Source: Kudoa neothunni (taxonomy: Eukaryota > Animalia > Cnidaria). Taken from it: a DNA stretch of 64,000 bases. This document shows, piece after piece, positions 39,670 through 52,134 of the stretch; position 1 is the first letter of the stretch; each line of letters starts with the position of its first letter. A program made the translations under genes and the position numbers. The notes under the pieces were generated by a model. The model was not told the origin of the DNA, ran no database searches, and saw nothing but the letters and a program-made list of their open reading frames with translations. The stretch spans positions 3,338,724 through 3,402,723 of the forward strand of contig OZ199839.1 of assembly GCA_964304625.1 (NCBI GenBank). The letters run 5' to 3'.

Positions 39670-42602
39670 GGCAGCGAATTTCTCGAAAAGTATTCAACAT
39701 ATTAGACTCAACATTTACACATTGTTATAAATTAGTTTTCCTTAAATTTCGAAATTTTATGAAAATTTCAATACTTTACGTAAACGACAATAACACAAGT
39801 ACCGGGAGTGATAATTATTTTTCATATATTAAAAAAACAACAACTAGAATTAAATATGATAGGTTAAATAATTTTTGTTCGTTCAAGTCATGCTTTGAGC
39901 ACGCATTCTGCTCTTACAATTTTACAATTTGGCTGGACACGCGCTAAGTTCAAACATGTTTACATTAGGAACACGATTTGTCGCCGTCGAGGATCTTGAT
40001 AATGTCATTTTAGATTACGAACAATCAAATTTTTGGAACTCTTATAAATACCAAGCCAGAACTATTTCGAATATGCGGGGCAAAATTAGTACGTCAGTCA
40101 ATCCAGCTCTACGTTATTATGAGGTTAATTACTGTTGTATTTTCAGTGGTAAAAACAAATCAAAATCTTGCGGCAGTAGAAATAAACCAGTTTTAAGGTG
40201 AGACTGCCTTGTTAAAATATCACTTAGGACTTCTGTCGATGGAACTGCTCATGAAGTACGTTCTTGTATGTTAGTTCATAATCATGAATCAAATGAAGTG
40301 ATTTTTAGAAATTTAGTGAAAAAAAATTGATTTAGATGATCAAAATTTAATTTAATTGATTCGCCTAGGGACTAATAAAAAATTGATTCGATTCAAAATT
40401 CAATGTAAACCCCGAATAAATATTCGTCTCAAGTCTATCCATAATATTAAAGTAAATAATAATTTGTTCCCGCTTAACCTAGATGCGATAGAAAAGTTTT
40501 AAGAGAGGATTATAGCTGCCACGTTAGAATTTTATATGATAAATATAACGTTGTTAACGGAATTTTTGTTGTAGATAATAAAATGAAATCCTCTTGTAGT
40601 TTTATCCAGAGGTGATGTTTGTAGACGCAACGTACAACCTCTTAATTCAAGGTAATTAAAAAATTTGAGTCTATTGTAATCATATTTTTAGAGCTCCATT
40701 ATATCTATCTGCGGAGGTAGATTCTGTTGGGTTAACGCACATCACGAGTGTGTGTATACTCTATGAGGAGACTGAAGCTGTTATTCAATGGTTTTGCGAT
40801 GTTTAACTAATATAATATAAATGCTTCGAGACAATATAAATACAATCGTTACCGATAAGGATGAAAAACTTAGAAAATGCCTAAAAAGAAGTTTTTCACT
40901 CGCATCGTGTATACTTTGTGAATTTCATGTCACGCAAATTTTCCGAAGGCAAATTACCAACAATAAATTCCCAATTTCTACTAGTCGTTGTCAATAAGTT
41001 TTAACATGCCTACAGAAAATGATTCATTGTAATGATTACAGCAAATATAAAAGTTGTGTGGATGAAATTCTTTCATTTAACAACGTTAAATTGAAAGAAT
41101 ATTTTCAAAGGAACTGGGAATCAATTTACAGTGAATGGGTTATCGGTCTCAGTGATGCAAAAAACTTTTATGACAATGGTACGAACAATCGAATTGAAAC
41201 AATTAATTCGATAATTAAAGCGTTTTTCATAAATTCAGTACTTTTAGTGATTTTATTTGTAACTTTTTCAAAATTTTGAACATCCTCCGAACAGAAAAGG
41301 AGGTTAGAGCAATAAGTCAATTGTATTATGTTTCAAATGAAACATTTAATGTAGAATGTACATTCCTTTACAAGCAACACTTGACAAAATACGCCTATAG
41401 TAAGTAGAGAGATCAAATCCCATTATTAAATGACAATAACGTATTGACAAGCTTTAATGGAACTAAAAATCCATCGACACGTTCATGCTTATTTATCGAT
41501 CATTCCCAATTCCATGCTGCCATGTGTTAATATGTAGATCAATGAAAAAATTACCTCTTTTCTCCTTAGATTTGTGCCACGAAAGATGGACAAAGTCACA
41601 CGGAATTAAATTTTTACAAACAGGTACAATAACAGAAAATAACAACAGACAAATTTCTACTATTATTGATAAAAAAAGCAGGTTAAAATAAAAAGTTTCG
41701 CTCAAAAGTTGAAATACGCGATAACTTTTACTACAAAATTGGTTATTACAACATCAGAATATTGTGGAAACTTTTTTTGATAAGTCAATAAGATCAATAA
41801 ACCTTTTGGAGAGGATAATAAAAAATCATGATAACAATTATCGATCATTTTCTTGATACATGTGATTATTGAAATCATTATCATATTTCATAATTTTATT
41901 TAGTTTGGAAATTATTAGAAACCGACGAAATAGTAATTGTTTTCTAATCAAATTTCATTTTAACCATATAAGGAATCAACAAAGGAATTAATTGAAAATT
42001 CGTCACACATGATATCAAAAACTCATTCAAATATTGAGTAAAATGTTCAAGAACAGAAAATCAGTAATCAGGATGGATCAACAACATTAATTGAACAACC
42101 CCGATTGAAAGATAATAAATAAATTTGATAATTTTCTTTAAGATTTAAAAATCCATTTGTCGACTAAGAGATAGACATCTAACAACTATTGGAGTCAAAA
42201 ATAAAATAATACGTTTCGACTATGAATTTATGAGAATTAAGAATAAATGTTAGAAATTTTTTTCGATATCAATTTATTGTTCACGGGAAACCTGTATGAG
42301 CATATGTAAGGATGCAATCATAAATTAGATCCGTTTAGTTAAAATGTCTTATCTCCGAAAGAAATAAACGCAAATATAAAAATTACTTTGGTTATATTTA
42401 GATGATTCTGAATTTATTACTAAATTTGGGGATTCGCGTGAAATAAATATCACTCCCGGTACTTGTATTGTTGTTGTTTAAATAAAATATTAAAATTATC
42501 ATAAAATTTTGCCACTTAGGGAAAATGTAAGTTAAACTAGTTTATAACGATGTGTAAATTTTGAGTTTAATATGTTGAGTACTTTTCGAGAAATTCATTG
42601 CC
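39670..42602 (+). mobile_element. Decayed Mutator-like element with a ZSWIM3-like MULE/SWIM transposase pseudogene
   Basis: TIRs of about 150 bp (GGCAGCGAATTTCTCGAAAAGTATTCAACATATT... and the reverse complement ending at 42602). Broken ORF pieces: LRYYEVNYCCIFSG, HNH, YPEVMFVDATYNL, IVTDKD, CILCEFHV, TNNRIETINSIIK and the SWIM-like IPCCHVL. TSD not recognisable. Confidence 0.88.
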
Positions 42603-43490
42603 TTAATTAAAACCACTCCATAATATTTGTTATTTATTTGTTGGTCAAAATTAATCTCTAATTTTCCTAATTATATCTTCTAATTTTCTTCATTTACTTA
42701 GAGACATACTTTGCAGTTCTTAAAAAAGTAGCGCGAATACATTAACTTTAAATCTTTCTTAAAATTAAATGATCACTAGTATTGATTGTTTTCAACAGTA
42801 TATATCAATATAACGATAGTTTACATTAGGTTTATAATGGACTAAGGAGGATTAGTCTTATTTTTACGATTATTTTGAATCAAAATTACAAAATATCCCA
42901 AAAATAATTATATTAAACTACAATTGTCGTTTAAGCCCTTGTGGACATTTCAAGAACTCTTCAAACTACCTCAAGCTACGGAACAAGATCTTAAGGTAAA
43001 GATTATGATATTCTTGTTGAGTTTTACAGACGGCCATAAGTAAATATTAACTTCTCAATATATGATGTAATTTAATATTAGAATCTGCTGTTGTACTTAT
43101 ATTTGTGCAAAAGTATGTGGCTATAATCTCATACAAGCAACCCAACTAGGTAGGCCAATTGAGTACGATTTATGATGAAAACAATATTTGTTATGGTAAA
43201 TTTTCTAATATAATTGTTTTTTGCAGTATGACTTGATCATAAATATCTGTGTAAATTTACAAGTATCTAAAATTTATCTGATAAATTTTGATGTTAAATC
43301 ATTAATAAATGATATATTTTCGATCGGTATAATTTTGACTTTTATTATGTACTGGAAATAATAATAATAATAATAATGAGATCTGTTTCAGATATTTCCA
43401 CTTTTTCCGATCGAAAAGCTGAAAATTCTTTAATATTTTTATTAACATCTCCGGAGGGAGGCGCTGACCTGACTATGTAAATTTCCTGCG

Positions 43491-43525
43491 CAGGGGTCGA
43501 TGGAAAAAAAGTTTGGAGACCCCTG
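43491..43525. mobile_element. Orphan hAT-type terminus
   Basis: GGGGTCGATGGAAAAAAAGTTTGGAGACCCCTG resembles a hAT MITE right end. Similar orphan ends occur at about 49963-49997, 56925-56955 and 63754. Partners not found. Confidence 0.45.
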
Positions 43526-46340
43526 GATTAACCAGAACCTCGCTTTGGGGAGAGAAAATCTCTGGTCCAAAATTTTCCGAATAATCGACGTTAGACTGCA
43601 TTTTTGTCACTTATGAACAAAGCGATGCGACAGAAATAATTAAATCTATTCAAAACTAGCGATATCTGAATATTATTTATGATGGAAATAGTCACTTTTA
43701 TTTTCATTGTACAATTAAGAGGCATGTGGTGTTTAATTCATATTTCTACCATTCCTCGGAAGAATTACGAATTAAATGCAACCCACTGTATAGTTATGTA
43801 ACGAATTATAAAAGTGATATTACCCGAATAATATTTTATAACTATTATAATTGCGGCTACCGCCAGAAGCGGATGACACGTCACTAACTTAGAAGTGTTA
43901 GTATTGTTAATTCATTGTGTTTCTGTATATGTTTCCGCTCATAACAATACTTAAAAAGGATCTTAATTTCACCTTAACGAACGACGAGGAACCGCAAGCA
44001 GGGGTTAGGAGTAATTGATTGCTGTTGGTAAAAATCAATTATTCATCTAGCAATCAACTAATTTTAATTATAAAAATTTCTCTAGAAATATATTTTCATA
44101 CTAACTGTTAATATTTGCAATCAAAACCAAATCTAACTCAATATATTAAAGATACTTTAATTAATAAACTATCTAATACATGTAAGTTTCTAATAAAAAT
44201 AGTCAAACCCAAACGACTAAAAATAATTGAAGCCGGATTCTTATTTATCAAATCTATCATCGTTTGATATTGAAAATTGAAATAAAAGTTGTTACTAACT
44301 ATAACTTCGATATAATCATTATTTTTTTAATAAAACTAGAAATATTTTGTCCATATAAACAAATAAATATTTTATTAATACCAATTATTCTAACGAAAAC
44401 GCTTGTAATAAACGATTAAACATTTTTATTTTAGTTATAAGAATAAATACGTTCATAAATTATTTTTACTATGTTTAATATTAATTAATCAAGATTATAA
44501 TTGATTTCGTCTTACATTATCATCTATTATTGAAAAATTAAATATAAAATCGAGATAAAAAATATGGACAAATAATAAATGAAACCATAATACAATCGTA
44601 ATATAATAATAAAGATAAGAGTAAATAAAAATGCTTCAAATATGTGAAACGAAGATGTGTATGCTATTTAAATTTGCATAAATTGATGAACTAATCAAAA
44701 AATTCTTATTTAAATAATTACTTACAAAGAATAAAGATTTACGTTAGAAATTTTTGGTTAAAATATTAATTAGAATCGTAGTTGGTCAATATTTAGATTA
44801 CTTCAAAAAATAGCTTTATATATTAGAAGACTTTTAAGAACTAGTCGTTAGCATTACTCAAAAAACGGTCATGTAAATCCGGCATTAGATACGAAGGTGC
44901 ATTAACTGATCCAAATAAAGTATAAAACGCAAAATATATTTACTCTGAGGTTAAGGGAAAAATCGTTTATTTATAAAATATCGTTTAGAGAGCTAAGACA
45001 AATGGATGAAGATCGCAATTTAAATAAGCATGAAAATCCGCACATAATAAATCATTACAGACATGATGCTGCGACATTTATAACACGGATGAATGGATTC
45101 AGAGATAAAAACTATTATAATAAAGAAGAATTTTCATTACAATATATATTAATTATAATTATCATAATTGCAATTAATTTTTTCCATCCCCTGACCCCAA
45201 GACCAACTATAGTTCGTGTCTAATCGTTAAAGCAAAATATGTTGGAATCCAAAGAATGCTTCATAACTATCGTAATTTGTTAAATATATGATCCGAAAAG
45301 GATCGAAGATTGGAATCGATTGTTCACAATCGTGTGATAATTTTCCAAGCTAATACCTTCGCACAATAATATGCACAGCAATACACAAAGTAATACATTT
45401 AGCAGTAATGAATGGTAATTAATTAACGCACGACAAATTTGGATTAAGGTGATGAGATCATGTAACCTAATCAATTGCCGAAGATTAACGAAAACTAGAT
45501 CCTATCTGAATATTCATATGTCAAAGATAGGATCGTGTATCACTAAAAAACTCAAATATACGATATTCGATCTTACTGATTTAAGTCATTTATGAGGACT
45601 TATTACTAAGCAAATAATACAGAGGATAATCCACCAAATTATAGGATTAATTAGAAAAATTGTCGGCATATTGATTAACCTCATTGATTCATTCATTTAA
45701 TGAGTTACATAAAGCTTATTGAATGATTCAATGATCTCACATGTTTTTCAGAAAATTAATAATGCTTGGGTTAATGTTTGCTTGGAAATACATAAGGTTA
45801 CGTTGAATTTTTACTGGGTGCTTCAACTAATCCATAAGTACGAAACATAACAATAGGATGATTAGGTACATTTAATTGGGAGGAAATTGCTTTGAGAGTA
45901 GCGACGCCAATTCACACCATGTATCATGAATTGCATGAAACAATAAAAATCACAGCAAAACAATTTTTTCAATTGAGTTGTTAATTGATCTGACAAATTA
46001 AACAGTGTGTTCAACTAAATCCGATTAAGTACGATTAAATTTAATAATGTTGTGGAGGTTGTTTCCCAACGTAAACCTCATAAACAATGTTAGACTAATT
46101 GTTAATATATTTAGAACTTTTACTCGTACAACTTCAATAGGTTTAATATGGACGCATAGTGAGAATATGAACCCAGCGGTTTAGTTGGAAATTTTTCGCA
46201 ATAGAAACGTCAATAATCGGTGCTCGTGCAACATCGACTCGCCCCAGTATAAACAGCTCCAGTTGTCATTGTACAGTACGGATTTAGTAGTTAAAAATTC
46301 AAAAAAACCTAAAAAGTTATCTATATAAAATACAAAAAAA

Positions 46341-48239
46341 ATGATTGCAACACAAGAACAACCAGAACAACCGGCCGTGTCAGCAGCTCTCTACGTTGGC
46401 GATCTGAACCCTGATGTCACCGAGACTATTCTATTCAAACACTTTGGAGGTGAAAGTGTGGTGACCAGCACGAAAATATGTCGTGATATGACCACAAAAA
46501 GATCCCTCGGATACGGTTATGTGAATTTCCGAACCGCTGAAGATGCGAGAAATGCCATCGAACATCACAACTACACAATCATCATTGATCGCCCATGTAG
46601 AATTATGTGGAGTGTACGGGATCCAACCAAAAGAAAGGATAATCGTGGCAACCTCTACATTAAGAATATTGACAAGTCAGTAGATGCAAGAACTATCTAT
46701 CAAGCATTCGTGGAATTCGGAGAGATTCTCTCGTTCAAGATTGTGACTGATGATTTTGGGAACAGCAAAGGATACGGTTTCATTCATTTCGCCACCGAAG
46801 AAGAAGCCAAATATGTCATGGAGAAGGTTAATGGTTTGAACTTTAAAGGAAAAAATCTCGTTGTGTGTCCGTTTATACCGAAAAGAGAACGAAGTGATGG
46901 AGCCAAATCTGCCCAATTCAACAACCTTTTTGTGAAGAATTTCGTCAACGATTTCACCGAAGAATCGCTCATCAAGAAATTTGCCAATTTTGGTAAAATT
47001 AGCAGCAGTTTTTTCCCCAAAGATGATACCAACAAGCTGAAAGGATTTGGTTTCGTGTGCTTCGAGAACCCTGAGTGCGCAGCTAAAGCAGTTACCGCTC
47101 TTGATAGCCTGGAGATGAAAGATGGCTCTAAACTCTACGTGAGAAGAGGTATGAAGAAAAATGAACGTGCCCAAGAGTTACTCCGACTAAAAGACGAACG
47201 AAAACGTGAACGTTACGCCGAAATGAAAAACACCAATCTCTACGTTAAAAATCTGCCCGAAGTTGCCAACGAAGAAACTCTACAAGAACTTTTTGGAAAA
47301 TTTGGAACTATCACCAGTTGTCGTGTTATGAGGGATGAACAAGGTGTGTCGAGAAGGTTCGGATTCGTTTGTTTCGAGAACCAAGAACAAGCCGCTGCCG
47401 CCCTCTCCCTCAATAATTCCGTCATAGATGGTAGAGCTATCTACGTCGCAATTGCCCAATCCAAAGATGAAAGACGATACCAACTTGCGTACCGGTTCTC
47501 ACAACTCAAACTTGGAAATGGAGTTTCTCAGGTGAGAATGATGCCCAACCAACCTCAATTTGGTGCTGCTCAATTCGCCCCAGCTTCTATCCCTCCAGGT
47601 GCTGATATGCGCCAATTCAGAAATGTTCCTGGTGACCGCAATCAAATGCGTAATCCTCAACACAATCCCGTTTTCATGCAACAATTCGGCGCTCCACCTC
47701 CCCAAGGATATATGCCACCCAACGCCAGGCATATGCCCTCGTATATGGGTCACATGCAACATTTCCATCAACGTATGAGACAACCTCAAAGAGGTCCTCC
47801 CCATTCCTACTCTAAAGGACCTGGTATGAATGCTCAGATGATGGATCAATCTTCTGCACAACCTCAACATATGGTTATGCGTGGTCCTCCTATGTCTGGT
47901 GGGCGTCCTGCAAGCGGCAACACCGCTCAGCAACAGATTCCCCCAAATGAGGCCTCCCTCCATGAACCCATTATTGGACTGCCGAGCATTGATGATTGCT
48001 ACAAAGACAAAGTGTTCCAACTTCCTTCTGACATCAAAAATAAGATCGGAAAAAAGATCCTTGATTATGCTCTGCTCGAGTATGGTGATGACGCTAGAAT
48101 GGTTGTTGGAGGCCTTCTTGAGAAACCCCAAGTTCTTCAAATTGCAAACCACCCCGACATGATTAAGCGCACCGTTGCATCTCACATCCAACAGTATCGC
48201 ACTATCCGTCAACAATCTAACCCCACCAACGAAAATTAA
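46341..48239 (+). CDS. PABPC: Cytoplasmic poly(A)-binding protein, intronless, 632 aa
   Basis: Four RRMs (LYVGDL, RSLGYGYVNF, KGYGFIHF, KGFGFVCF, RRFGFVCF), a Q/P/M-rich linker and a divergent MLLE domain. TATA-like TATAAA at about 46248 and an A-rich 5' UTR. Confidence 0.97.
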   Translation: MIATQEQPEQPAVSAALYVGDLNPDVTETILFKHFGGESVVTSTKICRDMTTKRSLGYGYVNFRTAEDARNAIEHHNYTIIIDRPCRIMWSVRDPTKRKDNRGNLYIKNIDKSVDARTIYQAFVEFGEILSFKIVTDDFGNSKGYGFIHFATEEEAKYVMEKVNGLNFKGKNLVVCPFIPKRERSDGAKSAQFNNLFVKNFVNDFTEESLIKKFANFGKISSSFFPKDDTNKLKGFGFVCFENPECAAKAVTALDSLEMKDGSKLYVRRGMKKNERAQELLRLKDERKRERYAEMKNTNLYVKNLPEVANEETLQELFGKFGTITSCRVMRDEQGVSRRFGFVCFENQEQAAAALSLNNSVIDGRAIYVAIAQSKDERRYQLAYRFSQLKLGNGVSQVRMMPNQPQFGAAQFAPASIPPGADMRQFRNVPGDRNQMRNPQHNPVFMQQFGAPPPQGYMPPNARHMPSYMGHMQHFHQRMRQPQRGPPHSYSKGPGMNAQMMDQSSAQPQHMVMRGPPMSGGRPASGNTAQQQIPPNEASLHEPIIGLPSIDDCYKDKVFQLPSDIKNKIGKKILDYALLEYGDDARMVVGGLLEKPQVLQIANHPDMIKRTVASHIQQYRTIRQQSNPTNEN

Positions 48240-50510
48240 GCCGTAGTGTTAGTTTTGTTGTGTTGTTCTCAGTTTTGTGTTTTCTTGCGCTGAGCTTAAA
48301 ATTTCCTCTTCAATGTAATCGTCAAATGTGGCGCGTGCGATTTATGACTTATCCACAATTATTTCCCCTGTTTATGCCGGGCGTTGACATGACCCCTTTA
48401 TTACTATGCCTGTTTATCATCAACCCCTCTGATATAAGTATAAAGTTTGTTAAGCTAACACGCAATTTTGAATTTTCCATCGGTAGCGATGTTGGACTTG
48501 GGTAGAATACAGTCCAACAGGGCTCGCACTTAATGAGACGGGTGTGGAGTCTACGTAGAATCACTGCATTACGTACATGTTTGTGCGCTTGCGCAGTTCT
48601 GTTTGGAAAATTTTGATTCTACGTTAGTCATTACGTTATACACATTTAAATAGAATAAAATAAATTTTGACATTATTTCGTGTATTTTTATATTGATTGA
48701 ATAATTTTCAAATGAAATAATTTGAGCGAATTAATATTCCATATTCTATTCGTGATATATAAAACATTTATAAAGGAATTATGGAACGATTTAAGCAGTA
48801 ATTACGGAATTTCGAAAAATACAAATAGATGACAAAAACGATTCGTATGCGATAAAAACGTATTTATATTGTTTCTTATTTGTTCGACTCTAAGTATCTC
48901 ATTACGAATTTATGTTAACCAAATACTTGAATAAATAAAAAATTTTGTTGTCGTTCTTGATTCGTTTATAATACCGTGAAACTCCTTTCTGACACCAGAA
49001 TGCTTTTAATATGGGTCGAATTTCTTCGCTTTAATAACTTGAATAGATCTATTCAATATTCGAGAGCTCGATTAAATGAAATAGGTAGATTTACAATTTC
49101 CGATTAATCTTAATCATGTGGGTTTTATCATCTGTTCCAAAATTTTTTACACCATTAATTATTTTAATGAATATATGTTTAAACATACTCAGGCGACCAC
49201 TTTTCAAGAATATTATGAAGGTTCTCATTCCATTCTCAACATGAAACATAACATATTCTAATTTAACATGTTCCTTAAATCTTTTAAAACGGTGTGTGCC
49301 CAAGTCCCACTGGGGGAATGTGAGGAAATTTTGAACGTTTAATGAACCGCTCTGGTGGAATGCGGTAAATCCCGAGTATTGCTGTGACACGGATAATAGT
49401 GAGATAATTGGGCAGTATGACGTACTTTGATGTCATTATCGCGATTTTCGATACCGCTTATTTTTAAGTGACGATTAACGTCAAAAAATAAAACAAGCAG
49501 TGACTAATTATATAAAAATTAATAATAATATTTAGCATGTGCTTCCACCCGAATAGAATCAGAACGGTTCGATCTCAAACCTGTCTCATTTAGAATCGTA
49601 TATCTTTTTTTTTGATTAAACCTAATATAATATTGATTAATATTAATATTGATTGATTTTGTATTTATATTCGATTCATTAGCCCTGTATGCACGAAAGT
49701 CTTTCCTAATGAAGGTTGGATTATCACGAGTTTTGTTGACGCTGTTATTGACGGAATGAGGAATTAAAGATGTTAAATTTTAAGACCCATCGATAAATTA
49801 TGTTAAATCTGATCAAACACATTTTAATGATAATGTGATTATATTTTAACCAATTTCAAAGTTTAATGTGATATGAAGTTTTATTTAAAATTTTAAACAA
49901 TTTAAATAAATAAAATCAATACTTTTGAAAAACATAGGGCACGGAACTGTTTTTCAAGACAAAGTGGGGCGTGATAAAAAAAGGTTGCGAAACACCCGAT
50001 TAAATAAAAGTTGTATTATATATCACCTTAGGAGTTATAAAGCTGCTTGATTTATGTTCGTGCCCAATATAATGGCATCAATAATTTTTTTGACTTCTAC
50101 TTCGGATTCAAGATATTACTCGATGTTTAGAAAAATATAATTAAGTTTACGAATCAGAGATTGTTATTCAGGGATTTAAAAATAATTTTAAATTACTGAG
50201 TGCATTATTATGAAATAAGAAAATTCATTACATTGGATATCTTTTATACAAGTATAACTTTTATCTAATAAATGAATAATCCTAAGTTTGGATCAACGTA
50301 TTTGTTTGAAAGTTATTTTCTTCTGATGCAATAGCCACCGCCTCTTATATTGTTTTTTGTGGAGTTATATTATACCAATCATCTAAAATTTAAATAAACG
50401 TTTCATTCGAATGATCAAGAAAGCGTGAGATAGAGATAAGAAAAAATTCGGAATTTGAGACTAATCCGTTGCGAAAAGCCAAAACTAAATTATAACTAGT
50501 TTAGTCAGTT

Positions 50511-52134
50511 TTACTGCTTTTTTTTCTTAGAACTCTTTCTTTGATTTTTTATCAGGAGGGCTAAGGATGGTAATAAGATGAGAGCTAGAGAAAAGGAACT
50601 AGCTACATAAAGCAATGTAGGTACTAAAACAAATAAATCTTCCATTAAGTACAATACACACAAACTTACAGACGTAACAACCAGTTGCTTTATGGTGGGA
50701 TGTAGAAAATTTGATATTACAATGCTCACAAGTTGTACACCTATATGCACATATTGTCAATTTAAAAACAACATTGTAATCACAGACCCCTCATATTTAC
50801 AATAGGTTCCAGGTTCGCAATCGTTGCACATAACCCCTCCAGCAAGTTCGGAAAATGTGCCAGGTGGACAACTAAAATTTTTTACTTTAGAAGATATTGC
50901 TTCTGTAATAAAATGCATACAGGGAACAACTATTGACTTGGGTTTTATTTTTGGGTTGAAATGAACCAGGTTGACAAGGAAAACAGGAACCATGAGTCAT
51001 GTAATACCCAGAATCGCAATAAATTGTACGATTTGGATTATAATTGACGTTTTTTAAGGAAGAAAATTTCGATTCTCGGCTCAATTGAAATAGAACATCA
51101 ACTTGAGTATTTTTTACATTGATTTCCTATTAATATAACATAAAATAGGAAATACATACAAAATAACTCACATCCAAATGAAATTTGACTTTTCCACGAA
51201 TTTCAATGATGGAAACTAAATCTTGTGTCATTTCCCCAATGTAACAATCTGCGACAGACAGTTGGTTGAGTAGAACTGGATAGTCGGAATTTTCGATATG
51301 AATGATAGTGCTAAGAAAATTTGAATGTGATATTGAGACATTGCTTATGGTGGTCTGGGGTGTGTTGTGAAGCGAAATAAAATAAGGGAGATTCATTTTG
51401 AAAAATGTAACGGGCGGTCGGTTTGCTATGTAGTGGTTTGACACCAAAACATCACGTATTTCTATCATACTTTCATGCGCAATTACAAGGGGGTTAGGTA
51501 CAAAGTTGAGGTTCCAATTTTTCAACATGATATAATTGTTGGAATGGGATTTTAAACTTGAGACCGCATAAATCAAAGGAGTGTTAGAGATGTGGTTGAT
51601 ATGAGAGCTCTTTTGACCAAATGAATAGTTGATATTAGCCATAGTTAGGTTGCTATGAATGAGTTGAATTTTTTGGTATATATCAATAAAATTGACGTCT
51701 ATAAACTCTACAGAACTATTAATGATGTTGATTCTTCCAGTTGAAGACGCCGTGTGTAACTTGGAGTCATTCCACTGGAATTGTAACGATTGTATCACAA
51801 CATTGCAGTCTTTGATGTAAATACCGTCCATAGCTATCGAGGTTGAAATTTGATTCTTGGAATGCAGATATAAATGACTGAAAGATGAACTGGCAGTTCT
51901 GCAGTTAATTTCTAAGTTTCGTAGGCTGAATTTTCCACTCATAAACTCAATTTTCAATACGCCGTTCGGTGGTTCGTAGTTTTCAATCACATATCGAGGA
52001 CTTTTGCAAGGCGAGTATTCATAGATACAGTTTTTGGGATCATCATGACCATTATTTTTGTTCACGTAATATACATCTTGATAGGTATATCCAATGTGAA
52101 ATAAAACTTCGACCCATATCACCCAACAACTCAT
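50511..52134 (-). CDS. Putative secreted-pathway membrane protein: beta-helix-like ectodomain, TNFR/GCC2-GCC3-like Cys repeats, C-terminal hydrophobic anchor
   Basis: 334-aa first exon with a signal-like start and YVNKNNGHDDPKNCIYEYSPCKS. Later exons give CDSGYY..CFPCQPGSFQ, CPPGTFSELAGGVMCNDCEPGTYC and CTTCEHC, then a hydrophobic segment and KNQRKSSKKKKQ*. Confidence 0.75.

Noticed and set aside
46677-48215. Long antisense ORFs (165 and 238 aa) opposite PABP
   Set aside because: Shadow frames of a relatively GC-rich coding sequence with no recognisable motifs.
48586-48600. GCTTGCGCAGT resembling the U4 snRNA 5' end
   Set aside because: The similarity stops after about 11 nt and is better explained as an NRF1-like motif.
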